A stretch of DNA of 64,000 bases, from the NCBI GenBank assembly GCA_000004985.1, contig GG738876.1; one strand, written 5' to 3'. The stretch is from Naegleria gruberi. Taxonomy: Eukaryota. Shown here one piece after another: positions 9,767-20,700 of this stretch. How positions within the stretch are numbered: the first letter of the stretch is position 1; every line of letters starts with the position of its first letter. The translations under genes were made by a program, and so were the position numbers. The notes under the pieces were generated by a model. It was given only the letters and a program-made list of their open reading frames with translations. It ran no database searches and was not told where the DNA came from.

Positions 9767-11372
9767 ATGGAAACAACAGCCTTGAACGTTATTCTCATAA
9801 TATTTGGAGTACTGGGAGGAGTTTTCAGTATTGTTTCAGCTATTATTTATCTGTGCTACTTTATGAGTAGTGATGATAGAGGAAAAGCTTGGTGTCCAAA
9901 ATTAGTTGTTATTTTCGCTTTTGCTCTTGCTGTTTGTTCAGTGTTTTTACTTCCGTTGGATGTGGCTAATGCAAGACTAGAGGGAGATCTTACCTACGCT
10001 TTCCAAATCACATGGCAAGTTTTCTATGGATTTGTTGCTGTATTTGTGGTTTTGATCCTCCCATTCTTCATCTTTTATTATGAATCCGAAGACCCAGAAA
10101 AGAGGTAGGTGAAAATTATTTTCAATTAATGATGATGAAATTCTGAAACTCTATCTAGCTTTTTACATCAAATCAAATGGGGAATTTGTGCTACAGTTGT
10201 AACTTTCATTGTTGTTGCTACACTCACTTTGGTCAGTTACTGGTTTTTGGGTTATGCTGATATTCCATTTAAACAATATACAGCCACACAACCAGCCGAT
10301 ACTTTATATGATGCCTACTATAGAGCAACGCCAACCTTTGTATGTTATTATTTTGATATTATTCTTCTTCTAACATTTTAATTAGGCTGTTAACAAGACT
10401 TTATCCATCTTTGTCTCGATTGTTATTTACATTATTGCCGTAATTCTCTTCCTCGGATATTTTGTCTTTATTACTTGCAGTGGTTGTGGTATGACAGCTC
10501 TTCCAGTTACTCTCATTAAGGCTTTCATCTTTAAACCAAAGAGAATTAAGAGTTCTGAATTTATTGAGGCTAAGGCTAGACTTATGAAACAATCTAGAAG
10601 ATTGATCGACATCGGAACCAAACTTCAAGAAGCTCAAGATGAAGGAAAGATTACTCTTAAGGATCGTAGAGTTTTGAACGATTTCAAGATTGCTGCCTAC
10701 AGACTTGAAGAGGAATGGAAGGTTATACACACTAGTTTCTTCCATGCTGGTGGTTCTGTTATTTTACCAATTATTTATCTCATTTTGGGTATTATTTGTT
10801 GTTTGGTCTCACTCACTTGGATTATTCACTTGATTGTTTATTGGGCCATCATCTATCCACCAAATGGTATGCTCAATGTTGTTTTCAACTGGTTGGATGA
10901 TTTGACAATAGGTTTCCCAATTTTGGGAGGTTTGAGTTTCTGGTTCTTTACAGTTTATCTTATTTTCACTGTTTTGGCTGGTAATGCTGCCATCACAAGT
11001 AGAATTCCATTGTTTGCTATTCACCCAATGAAGAAGGGTGATACCATGATGAACTCACTCATGTTTAACACTGGTTTAATTTTGCTTTCCTCTGTAGTTG
11101 TTAACCAATTTTCTCAAAGAGCATTTAATTCTTATTCTAGGTCAACTGCCATGGATATTATTTTCAGTGGTGCTATTACCAATCTCAGATATATCCAATA
11201 CTTCTTTTTTTATCTGATTTATGCTTATTTAGGTTGTTGTGTTATTGGTTTCTTCTTGGCTCTTATTTGTTGTAGAGAAAAGACAAAGAATGAGAAACAA
11301 TTGGAAGAAGTCCTTTCAAGAATTACTGACTATGCTCCTGCTAGTGATGATGCAATGATGGACCAACAATAA
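9767..11372 (+). CDS. LMBRD1: LMBR1-domain protein, an LMBD1 (lysosomal cobalamin transporter)-like multi-pass membrane protein. Three exons: join(9767..10104, 10159..10339, 10386..11372).
   Basis: Exon 1 ends FYYESEDPEKR, matching human LMBD1 FYYEEKDDD. Intron 1 is 54 nt (GTAGGT...ctatctag). Intron 2 is 46 nt (GTATGT..ttctaac..taattag). Exon 3 matches the LMBD1 C-terminal half. Track ORFs 9767..10108 and 10491..11372 are the two outer exons. Confidence 0.8.
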
Positions 11373-11519
11373 TTGGCCATTTTCTTCTGAAGAAACGATA
11401 ACCAAAAGATTGCAATTTTTAACTTCCACATTTGTAAATTGTACAAAACAGTTTTGTTTTAAAAATAATAAATTCTAATTTGTAAATATTTATATAAAGT
11501 TACTGGTATAGTTTAAAAT

Positions 11520-12617
11520 TTAAACTTGAGAAGTTCCGTAACGGTGTTCAGTAGTTTCAGCCAAGTGAGCTGCTGATGGAGAGGCACCAGTATTATCATT
11601 GTTTGTCACATCAAGCACAATAAAGTTATTTCTTACAATACCTCCTCCTCTTCTAATTTGTAAAATATATACAATAATTCTGAATGCATTTACGCAACAA
11701 TGCAAACCAATGACGGCTTCCTGAGCGAAAGCAACGTTATTCCAAAAGTAATTCTCCTCCTTCTCAATGAAACAATAAAGAAGCAATGAGAAAATTACAA
11801 TTGCTGATATGGAAACGAATAAATTGCACCAAACAATGAGTTTCTTGTAAAATTGTCTCTTATATAAAAATATGCTCAAAACACATTCATAACAAATTGC
11901 AAAAGTACAAAAACCTTCCAAAGCTAAAAACCAAATTTCTTCAATTTTTCCTCTCTTGTAAATTGACCATCCAAATAAAAAGGCAGCAAGTGCACTCATA
12001 AATAATAAATATAAAGAATACACAATTGAGTATCTCCATTTCACAATAATGTCTCTTATCGAAAAGTTCTTCAATCTTTGTTTTAGACTTTGTTTTCTTT
12101 CATATCGTTTTGTTACATCAACTGCTTGAACTTCATCCTCTCCGTCCTTATTGTAGAGTTTTGCAGATTCATCCTCATCCTCATCATCAATAATATCCTC
12201 ATCGCCACCAACATAATAAACATGAGGTGGATCTTGAGAAGTGACAAATTCATGATGTTCCTTCACGTGATGATGGTGATGAAGGTGTGGAGCATAATCC
12301 GGATCAACTTTCTAAAGTACCTGAATATATATTCAAAAAACTTTAAATCAACCTACATTAATAGTATCTAGTAATTTACTTTCATGTTGTTCCTTAACAT
12401 GATGATGACTCGATTCTTCACTAAAAGCTTCATTTATATCAGGAGCCGAACTTGATTGTAATAAATTATTCTGATGAATTGCAACAAATGGTGTTATTTT
12501 GTCTGTTGATTGAAGAAGAATGTCATCGGAGTAGTCTAGTGAATCTAACGGTTGTTCTTGTTGAGAGTTTGTAGTAGTGGTTGTTGACTTTTTGGTGGAC
12601 TTTTTACGTTTGGCCAT
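11520..12617 (-). CDS. Multi-pass membrane protein with His-rich acidic N-terminus, two exons: join(12617..12357, 12311..11520). Unknown function.
   Basis: Track ORF 11520..12266 starts on GTG and has no upstream ATG, so exon 1 must be track ORF 12348..12617 (MAKRKK..., ATG in context aaaaaaaATG). A 45-nt GTAGGT...ctttag intron joins ...LLDTIN to KVDPDYAPHLHHHHH... in frame. At least four hydrophobic helices in exon 2. Confidence 0.55.
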
Positions 12618-12830
12618 TTTTTTTCAATTTCTTCAAGTCCGGACAAAGTCCACTTGGGACGCCCCAAAAGAGTGTGTAAAAAGGGATCAAAAATGTTATT
12701 GGAAGGGTTATTGGAAAGTTCCAATTCTTCTTCATTCTCACAAATAAAACCTTAATGGCAATGATGTTGAGGAAGAAGAAGCAACAGGTTAAGGATTGTT
12801 TTTTTTTTGAAATTTTTACATTTTGTACAT

Positions 12831-14501
12831 TTATTTAGTTTGAATGACACCACTGGCAATCAACTTTTGAATCTTACCAAAAATGTCTGGGTTCTTCAAA
12901 TGCTTTTGAGCACTAGCTGGGTCAGTTTGGAAATCTCTCAATACAGTTTGCATGACTGGGTCTTGAAGAATGCCAGCAATTTCTGGATCCTTCATGGCAT
13001 TTTGAATTCTTTGTTCGTCTCTTTCACCAGAACCATGTTGAATAATATCCATGACGTGAGCAACTCCATTCTTGATTTCTTCATTGTTTGGATCAATCTT
13101 GCTGGCTTGATCATAGGTAGCAAGGGCCTTGTGATATTCCTTACAGGCAACATGGCATTGAGCCTTTCTAATGTATGCCTTGACAAAGTTTGGATCAATT
13201 TCAATAGCCTTTTCAGCGTCTTTCAAACCATAGGCAAATTCACCCAACTTGATATAACAGGCAGCTCTATTGCTGAAAATGGTGGCATCCTTTGGATTTC
13301 TCTTGGCAGCTTCATTGTATTCCTTCATGGCTTCTGGGAATCTTTTTTCCTTAAAGTGTTGATTACCAGCATTCTTATGTTGGGTGGCAATTTCCGGATT
13401 AATGTATGCTTCTTCTTCTAATTTCTTCATAATCTTTTCACATTCTTGCTTCTTCTTTATAACTTCTGGGTTTCTATGTTCAGTCAAAGATTCGGTATAA
13501 AAATGAAGAGCTTGAGTATAGTTTTGTTGTCTGAAATAAGCATTACCAATTCTGGCATATCCCTTAGCAATTTCGTTGAAATCGGCATGATTTGTCTTAC
13601 CAACTTGGATAGCTTCTTCAGCTTGTTTAATACAAGTTTCAAAATCACCTTGTTCCATATATACGGCAGCCTTATTTAAATAGAGAATCATATTTGTTGG
13701 ATCCAATGTAATAGCCTTGTCATAGTGGAACAAAGCCTTTTCGAAATCCTTCTTCTTATAATATTCGTTACCAAGATTCTTTTCAATCATGGCTGGCTGT
13801 TGATTAATTTCTTCGAGTTTCTTTTGTTCATCTTCCTTCTTTTTACGTTCCTCTTCCTTACGTCTTTGTCTTTCTTCTTCTTCCTTTCTGCCTCTATCAG
13901 CTCTTATCTTTTCTTCCATTTCAGGATTGACTTGCATCAAGAAAATAATTGTGGACATAATTCTAGGATCGGAAATGTGTTTTTGCAAATTTTCTGGACT
14001 TGCTTGAATTTCTTTCAATGCATCAACGTAATCCTTTTCTTGAAGATGTTTAGAAAGTTCAGGATGGTTTTCAATCTTTCCGAACATATTTGGATCATTG
14101 AATACTTTGAGGAATGGTAAAGCAGCGTCACTTGGTGCTTGTTGCATCAAGAGATTTTCAACTTCGGTCATCACACTCTTGATTTGTGCATTATTTGGTT
14201 CAACTCTTAATCCTTCTTGTAATGTATCCAAAGCTTCTTCATATCTTTTAAGAGCATATAAAGCTTGTCCTTTTCTCAGGAATCCTTTAGAGAATGCTGG
14301 TTGTTGTTCAACACACAAGGAAGCATCCTTCAAAGCTTGTTCAAATCTGCTCAACTTTAAATAAACAGCAGCTCTATTAGATAATAAAACGTGATGATTT
14401 GGATCAACTTGAAGACCCAAAGTATAGAGTTTGATGGCTTCTTCGTCCTTTCCTTCCTTCAAAGCTTGATTTCCTTGGTTTTTGTAGTCTTCAGCGCTCA
14501 T
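12831..14501 (-). CDS. STI1: Hsp70/Hsp90-organising protein (STI1/Hop), TPR co-chaperone, 555 aa. The track start 14531 is TTG; the real ATG is at 14501 (MSAEDYKNQGN...).
   Basis: Three TPR clusters plus DP/STI1 motifs. N-terminus MSAEDYKNQGNQALKEGKDEEAIKLYT..LSNRAAVYLKL is canonical for Hop/Sti1. Confidence 0.9.
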   Translation of the reverse strand: MSAEDYKNQGNQALKEGKDEEAIKLYTLGLQVDPNHHVLLSNRAAVYLKLSRFEQALKDASLCVEQQPAFSKGFLRKGQALYALKRYEEALDTLQEGLRVEPNNAQIKSVMTEVENLLMQQAPSDAALPFLKVFNDPNMFGKIENHPELSKHLQEKDYVDALKEIQASPENLQKHISDPRIMSTIIFLMQVNPEMEEKIRADRGRKEEEERQRRKEEERKKKEDEQKKLEEINQQPAMIEKNLGNEYYKKKDFEKALFHYDKAITLDPTNMILYLNKAAVYMEQGDFETCIKQAEEAIQVGKTNHADFNEIAKGYARIGNAYFRQQNYTQALHFYTESLTEHRNPEVIKKKQECEKIMKKLEEEAYINPEIATQHKNAGNQHFKEKRFPEAMKEYNEAAKRNPKDATIFSNRAACYIKLGEFAYGLKDAEKAIEIDPNFVKAYIRKAQCHVACKEYHKALATYDQASKIDPNNEEIKNGVAHVMDIIQHGSGERDEQRIQNAMKDPEIAGILQDPVMQTVLRDFQTDPASAQKHLKNPDIFGKIQKLIASGVIQTK

Positions 14502-15051
14502 TGTTTTCCAATTTTTTTTTAATTTAATCAAATTCCGAAAGCTTTTGTTTATTTATTAGAGACGGAAGTTGATTCCTTTAGGCTGGTTCCGAAATATTTT
14601 GATCAAATAATAGATTGTTATTTTTATTAATTGAAATATTCAATTAATAATTAATTTTGTAAACATTAATTACTCTGTTAACGAACGAATTAAAGAAAAA
14701 TGTCAAAGGAAAGAGATGATCATATTGGCAATTAAACAACTCTTTTGATAATCTTCTTCCTGCATAATACAGTTAAAATTACAGAGTCTCAATTATAGTC
14801 GTGAAATGTAAAAGAGAACAGAGAGATGAAAATAACTGTTGACTACCATCACCCTCAATCATATTAATGAAGGCATTAAGCCGAACTGAAGCATTTTAAG
14901 ATCCTCCACCAATGCACAACAGTTTTATTAAAAAAACAAACTCACAATAACCCTTTTCGCAAATTTACAGTATTTCTTCTTCTTGCTTTATCAAAAAGAT
15001 TAAATTATAATTTAGAGAGGATTTTGGATTTTGTAAATCTTCACTCTGAAT

Positions 15052-16716
15052 ATGTATCCTCCAAATGAAAATGGGACAGAGTATTCGGGTCCTTTCTTAA
15101 CGATAAATGATAATGGCAGTAGTAACACTCTTCATCAATTAATAGAAAATAATAATTCAAAAAGGAAGGGATTAAATCAGTTGGATATATCATCATCAAC
15201 TCCTTCATCAAGAAAAGGCTCCATCCTCTCTGGAGGAAATAAATCATCACCCAGTTCTCCTCTCCTTACTGCCTCTCAACAACATCATCCAATGAGGAAT
15301 TCCATTCTTGAGGATACCGAAATTAAGAAGGTAATAACACTCTCTCTTCAACTGACAGAGGAAGTAAAGAGACAAAAAAACCGAGTCTCCGAAAAGGAAT
15401 TGGAAAATCAAGCCCTTGAGAGAGAAAATCAATTTCTTCATGATGAAATGGCAAATATTAAGGAACAAGTATCAGCCTTAAAGGCAAAGAAAAATCAATA
15501 CAAGTACGAAAGAGATACTTTAAAATTGGAATTGAACAATTCGAGAGAAAAATTATTACACATCACTAAGGAAAAGGATCTACAAAAGGAAGAGAGTGAG
15601 CCATCGGAATCAATTGGAGATAAGGAGAGTAGTAATAGAATTGCATTATTGAAGAAGGCGGAATCTTCTAAAAAATTAATTTTAGACAATGGTTGGATGG
15701 CCTCAGCAGAACTTAGAAATAAGTATCAAACTGTATGTGACAACCTAGATGAAATGACAGAAAAAATAGAAAAGAGTGATCAACAAATGAAAGAGTTGAC
15801 AGAACAAAACAAACTACTCGAGCTCAAGCTTGCGAATGCAAGAGAAAATGAAAATGCTCTCCTCAATCACGTGGAATATACAGAACAGCTCTATTACGAG
15901 GCTAGAGAAAATGTAGAAAATCTCACCGATACTGTAAACAAAATGAAACGAGAATATGATAGAGTTGTTCATGGAATTGGTTGGAGAGCTCCAATGGAAA
16001 TTAGTGATGATAGTATCTCATCGAGCAATGATTCTACACCAAGAGAATATCTAGATTTGGAACCGGCAGATGAGCTTCTTCAAGTAGCGGACGGAGATGA
16101 AACATCACAACTTAGAATTGAGAATGCCAAGCTAAGGCATGATTTGGAGGAACTTCAACGAATTCTTGACCAAACTCGAGAGGATTTACAAATACTAAGA
16201 ATTCAAAGTATGGAATCTCCACGAACACCTAGGGTTGGTACTCCAAGAAACACTGAAAAATTGGTGCCTCAACAACCTTCTCCTGTTTCCAATACATCGA
16301 GTGCTGATGTTATAGATAGTAAGATATTTGAGGAGTGGAATAAGCTTTTATCGGATAAATTTGAACATAATTTAGAAATCTTAAAGGAACAAGTGGTTGG
16401 ATACGAGAGAAAATCCTTTAATAATAATTTGAAAAATAAGCAACAATCACAGAGTTTCTTAGAAGATTACTTTAGACTAATGTTACTCTCTGTAAAGATT
16501 TTACTTTCTAAAGAGCCTAGGTATCAGAACACTGTATGGTATAAGATATGGTGTGATGTCAATTCCGAAGAAATTTATTCAGCAATCCTTAATAACCAGG
16601 TTCCTATTGAGGAATGGTGGCTATTCCTATATACTACCATTCAGACACGTCTCGAATATGCCAAACTAGAGTATGAAGATGAAGAATCAGGAGCATTAGC
16701 CTTTGATCTTTCGTAA
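15052..16716 (+). CDS. Coiled-coil protein, 554 aa, unknown function
   Basis: Long heptad-rich K/E/L/Q segments between a Ser-rich N-terminus and a conserved-looking C-terminus. ATG 15052; TAA 16714-16716. Confidence 0.55.
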   Translation: MYPPNENGTEYSGPFLTINDNGSSNTLHQLIENNNSKRKGLNQLDISSSTPSSRKGSILSGGNKSSPSSPLLTASQQHHPMRNSILEDTEIKKVITLSLQLTEEVKRQKNRVSEKELENQALERENQFLHDEMANIKEQVSALKAKKNQYKYERDTLKLELNNSREKLLHITKEKDLQKEESEPSESIGDKESSNRIALLKKAESSKKLILDNGWMASAELRNKYQTVCDNLDEMTEKIEKSDQQMKELTEQNKLLELKLANARENENALLNHVEYTEQLYYEARENVENLTDTVNKMKREYDRVVHGIGWRAPMEISDDSISSSNDSTPREYLDLEPADELLQVADGDETSQLRIENAKLRHDLEELQRILDQTREDLQILRIQSMESPRTPRVGTPRNTEKLVPQQPSPVSNTSSADVIDSKIFEEWNKLLSDKFEHNLEILKEQVVGYERKSFNNNLKNKQQSQSFLEDYFRLMLLSVKILLSKEPRYQNTVWYKIWCDVNSEEIYSAILNNQVPIEEWWLFLYTTIQTRLEYAKLEYEDEESGALAFDLS

Positions 16717-16736
16717 TCTATTCGTATTCTAACAGC

Positions 16737-17291
16737 CTACTTATTTCTATTTATTTCGTCCATTGTATATATAGCCTCAATAATTACATTCGCAATAGCT
16801 AAGTCTCCCTCATGTGACAATGATAAATGTGTCACATAATCATTTGCATGTTTCTCTTCTAATGCAATTTTAATAATTTTGTTAATTTCACTCCCTTCCA
16901 ACTTTAATAAAGGTGGATACAGTTTTGTGATACTATTATTCAAAATTTGTAAATTAGCTTGATGATTTTTGTAGACAAACATTTGTTTACTTCCAATTCC
17001 ACTAACTCCTAGCGCTTTAATTGTTGCTTCCTTTGCAGCCCATCTAGAGGCATAATATTGAGATATCCGTAATTGTTGTTTTTTCAAAAGTTCCAAATCT
17101 GATGTGGTATTATTATTCACTATTGAACATGTTGCAAAAGCCTCTGAAAAAACGAGAGGACATTGTTGAATTTCGGAAGGATGAAATATTCTCTTTACAA
17201 ATTTTTCTCCGTGCTTGGCAAGCAATTGATGCATTCTACTTATTGAAGCCATATCAACTCCGATCCCAATAATTCTACCAAAGCTTGTCAT
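16737..17291 (-). CDS. PPT2: 4'-phosphopantetheinyl transferase / holo-[acyl-carrier-protein] synthase (Ppt2-like), 184 aa
   Basis: N-terminal IIGIGVDMASISRM matches the ACPS GIGxD motif, and the size fits the ACPS family. Its stop lies 20 bp from the stop of the convergent gene ending at 16716. Confidence 0.7.
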   Translation of the reverse strand: MTSFGRIIGIGVDMASISRMHQLLAKHGEKFVKRIFHPSEIQQCPLVFSEAFATCSIVNNNTTSDLELLKKQQLRISQYYASRWAAKEATIKALGVSGIGSKQMFVYKNHQANLQILNNSITKLYPPLLKLEGSEINKIIKIALEEKHANDYVTHLSLSHEGDLAIANVIIEAIYTMDEINRNK

Positions 17292-17705
17292 TGATCCAAT
17301 AAATTAAATCTAATTTTATGAAATTTAACTTTCAAAATATTAAAAAGTATTATTAATAATTGATGATAATGGCCGAATCAGATTCCACTTGGAGTTGCTG
17401 ATAATGATTGGTCTGTAATTTACAGCTTTTTTTTTAGATTTTCCGCTCCAACAATGGACGACATGTTCTTCAGCGTCACCATTTAATTGAATTTGTGAAA
17501 AAAAGAAAAAATATTTTTTGAACACGCTGTTGTTTGTTGTGCGAGGTTTTTCAAAACAAGTCGAAGGCTAATTGTTGATATTTGAAGTTGAAATATTTTA
17601 CATTCTTCTTCTAAAATTATTGAATATACAACGGTATATTTGCAAATCTGAGAGTTTCTCTCATCATCACAATAATTAAAATTTCAAAGCCTTTCTTCTA
17701 TTATT

Positions 17706-20700
17706 ATGAACATTAGTAACAATTCTATTCCCAATTCATCATCTAATAATATTAATATTATGAATAACAATACGATTATTACCGATACTAGTAATTCTAA
17801 TAGTAGCAACAATGGTATCAATAATTTCACTATGGAAACTTCTATGAACCAACAAGGTAGTACTACGATGGTGGGTATTGTTGATAATTCATTCTATTCC
17901 AAACCTTCTCCTTCCTCTTCCACTACCACCACCAGAGAATCTACTTCAGCTAACAATATACATCCCTCTAGTTTTATTCATCACCAACAACAACAAGGAT
18001 TCGCTCAACAACATAATTCTCAGAATAATAATAGTAGAATGGAATCAATATCATCATCAAATGCATTCTCTACTTATAACCAACAATCTTCACATCACAA
18101 TGTTCTTCCATCACTTCCTTCACTATCTCAAATGACAACCAGCTCCCCTAACCAAATTTATCCACAGAATACTAATAATAGTAATTTGGGAAATTCTGCT
18201 GTCTATCCAAATAATAATCCTTACTTGCTGGGAAATAGTATGGCTAACAATAATACAATGATGAGCCCATCGATGGTATCAAATGATAGTAACAATCGAG
18301 AACATCTTCCACCACCTCCACCTTCTGATTTTTCATACTCATCTAAGCAACAACCAATGTTTAATCAAAATCCTCCTACTAATAATGGTAATATCCAAAT
18401 GATGCATTCACAAATGAATCAACAACATGTGCGTCTTTCAAACATGCCCCAGAATTACAATCAACAACAACGTGCCCAAAATGAAGACAATTTACCATCT
18501 CTACAACAGTTTGGATTGTTATTTTCTCAATCCTTGAACATTTATCCAAGTAGTTCAAACGCTCAATTCCAACAAAATTCTAAACCTCCAACTACTGAAA
18601 AACCAATACATCAAGTATATAATGATAACAGACAACCAAAAGTTGCAATGAGTTTGAATACTAACAAGGCTAAACCTCTGAGTGTGGCCCCACAAAATAA
18701 TCAACAAGTTCATACCAGCTCTATTTTGAATCAACTGCATCAATCTCAAGACCAAAATAATTCTATGAAGAATAGATCATCTAAACTCATTTCACCACAA
18801 TCCTACATGGGTCCATATCCAAATAATCCTCCAACTTCCTTTGTGAACCAACCTAAATACTCGAATCAACGACCTGTTGTTCTTCCACAAGAAGAATCAA
18901 GAAATATCTCACCAACTGAAAAGTCTAGTATGATAGTACTTCCGTCAAACATGGTTGTCTGTGAAGGACTATTAAAATTAATTTCTCACAGAATAATGGA
19001 AACTATGCTTGCCTTTGATGAAAAAACTATGAAGAACGAAGAAACAAAATTAAGATTGCAAGATGAATGGAATAAGCTTGTAAATGAGTATTTCATCAAT
19101 GGAAGAAGACTTGAGGGAATGACACAAGTATTGCATACCTTGTTTGGAATGTTAACTTCAGAACCAGATATTGAAATTATCAAGGAAGGTATTTCTCCAA
19201 ATTTCAACAAGAAGGGAGATCATATGTTATCTATCAAATTTAGAGCAAACTTGAGAATAGTAAGACTTAAGATTTGTATATTTTTCCTTTTATTCAAATT
19301 AAGTGTTGGTACTTGTTTCCAACCAGAAAATGGAATGGAAGAATTTTTAGAAACAAATTCTTTGGTAGTTGACGAAAAATTGTTTTCAGCCATGACTTGG
19401 GAGCAATTTATCCTTGAAATGGACGCTATTGAAAGTAAATTAAGATTTAAGATTGATATGATTACTCACGAGGATAATGAAAACTCCATGGAGGATGCCT
19501 ACCCTTATCAACTCAATGTAAAAAATAATACTATGAATTCATTGGTATTGGAATCAGTCTCAGAAGAAAAGCTTCAGGCTTCTTTCAATCAGTTATTAAT
19601 TGATAGGTCCAACATTGAGAGATTCAAACAAAGTAGCTCACGATCTAATACTTTTAGACTTAGATTATCTATACAAATGTCAAATTATCTTACCATAACC
19701 AAGTTCAGTAATAATGTTTTGAGTATTGATAATAATTATGGGCTTATAGAATCTAGAAGCATTTCTACAATGTTTCCACTCCATATTGAAAGAGCCGAAA
19801 GAAAGAACAAGGTTGTTGTACTTGAGTTTAACCGTGATTTCTTTGTTACTCCAACAAGAGACAAATCAGATATTGATTTTATTGTCGAATTGACAAAGGG
19901 AGATGAAAGAAAAAGAGTATCAATCAAGAATATTTATATTGACAAGATAATCGTTGAATACATAAGTGGAGCACAGTATGTCACTGTCACCAGAGGGCAA
20001 GATGTCTTGTGTGAAAATTTAGAAATAGTTACAGTCAGAATTCATAATAACCTGAAAAAGCTTACTATTGGAACACCAAAGTCTATTGAAAGTGATTCTC
20101 CTTTTTCCTCAAATTCAACTACTCCTTCACCTCTATGTGAAGAATCACCTTCAAGAAGTACCAAGAGAGCACTATCAAATGAAGACGAAAGCTCAAATGC
20201 AGCATCTAGCACAACAAGTCCAACTGGACCAAAGAGGGTCAAGAGTAACCACTCCCAAAATATGGGCTTGGCTAATATTCAACAATATGTAAAGGGGCTA
20301 CGTGATAAGTGTGGATTTTCCTTGTTGCATATTGCTGCAATGAATGGATTCGATTTAGCAATAGAATTCTTCAATGAAACAATATCAATGCCTATCGATA
20401 TGACAGATAACTACCAATATTCACCATATCATTGGTCTTGTTTTTCAGGAAGAGTTTCAACATCAAAATTACTCATCTCAAAAGGAGCCAGTACCACCAG
20501 AAGAAACGTTCACTCAGCCACAGGTATTCAAATAGCAGAAGCTAAAAAACACAAAACCCTTATTACTGAATTAGAACAGGAATTGGCTCAACATGCTTGT
20601 TCAGTTCTATCTGATTTATACTCCAACTTGTCAGAATCAGATATTCCATTTACATCTCAAAATCGTTCTTCAGGCTTTGACCACTTACCTCATAATTTGA

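Noticed and set aside
10401-10745. Track ORFs 10401..10745(-) and 10427..10621(-) antisense to LMBD1 exon 3, and 10809..11024(-)
   Set aside because: They are antisense to a well-supported conserved membrane-protein exon. They have no start context and their translations are not coding-like.
12090-14364. Small + strand ORFs (12090..12371, 12807..13421, 13446..13679, 13725..14120, 14098..14364) inside or opposite the membrane-protein and STI1 genes
   Set aside because: They are antisense or out-of-frame with confidently assigned genes. They are hydrophobic or low-complexity AT-frame artefacts (Phe/Leu/Ile-rich from poly-T/A codons).
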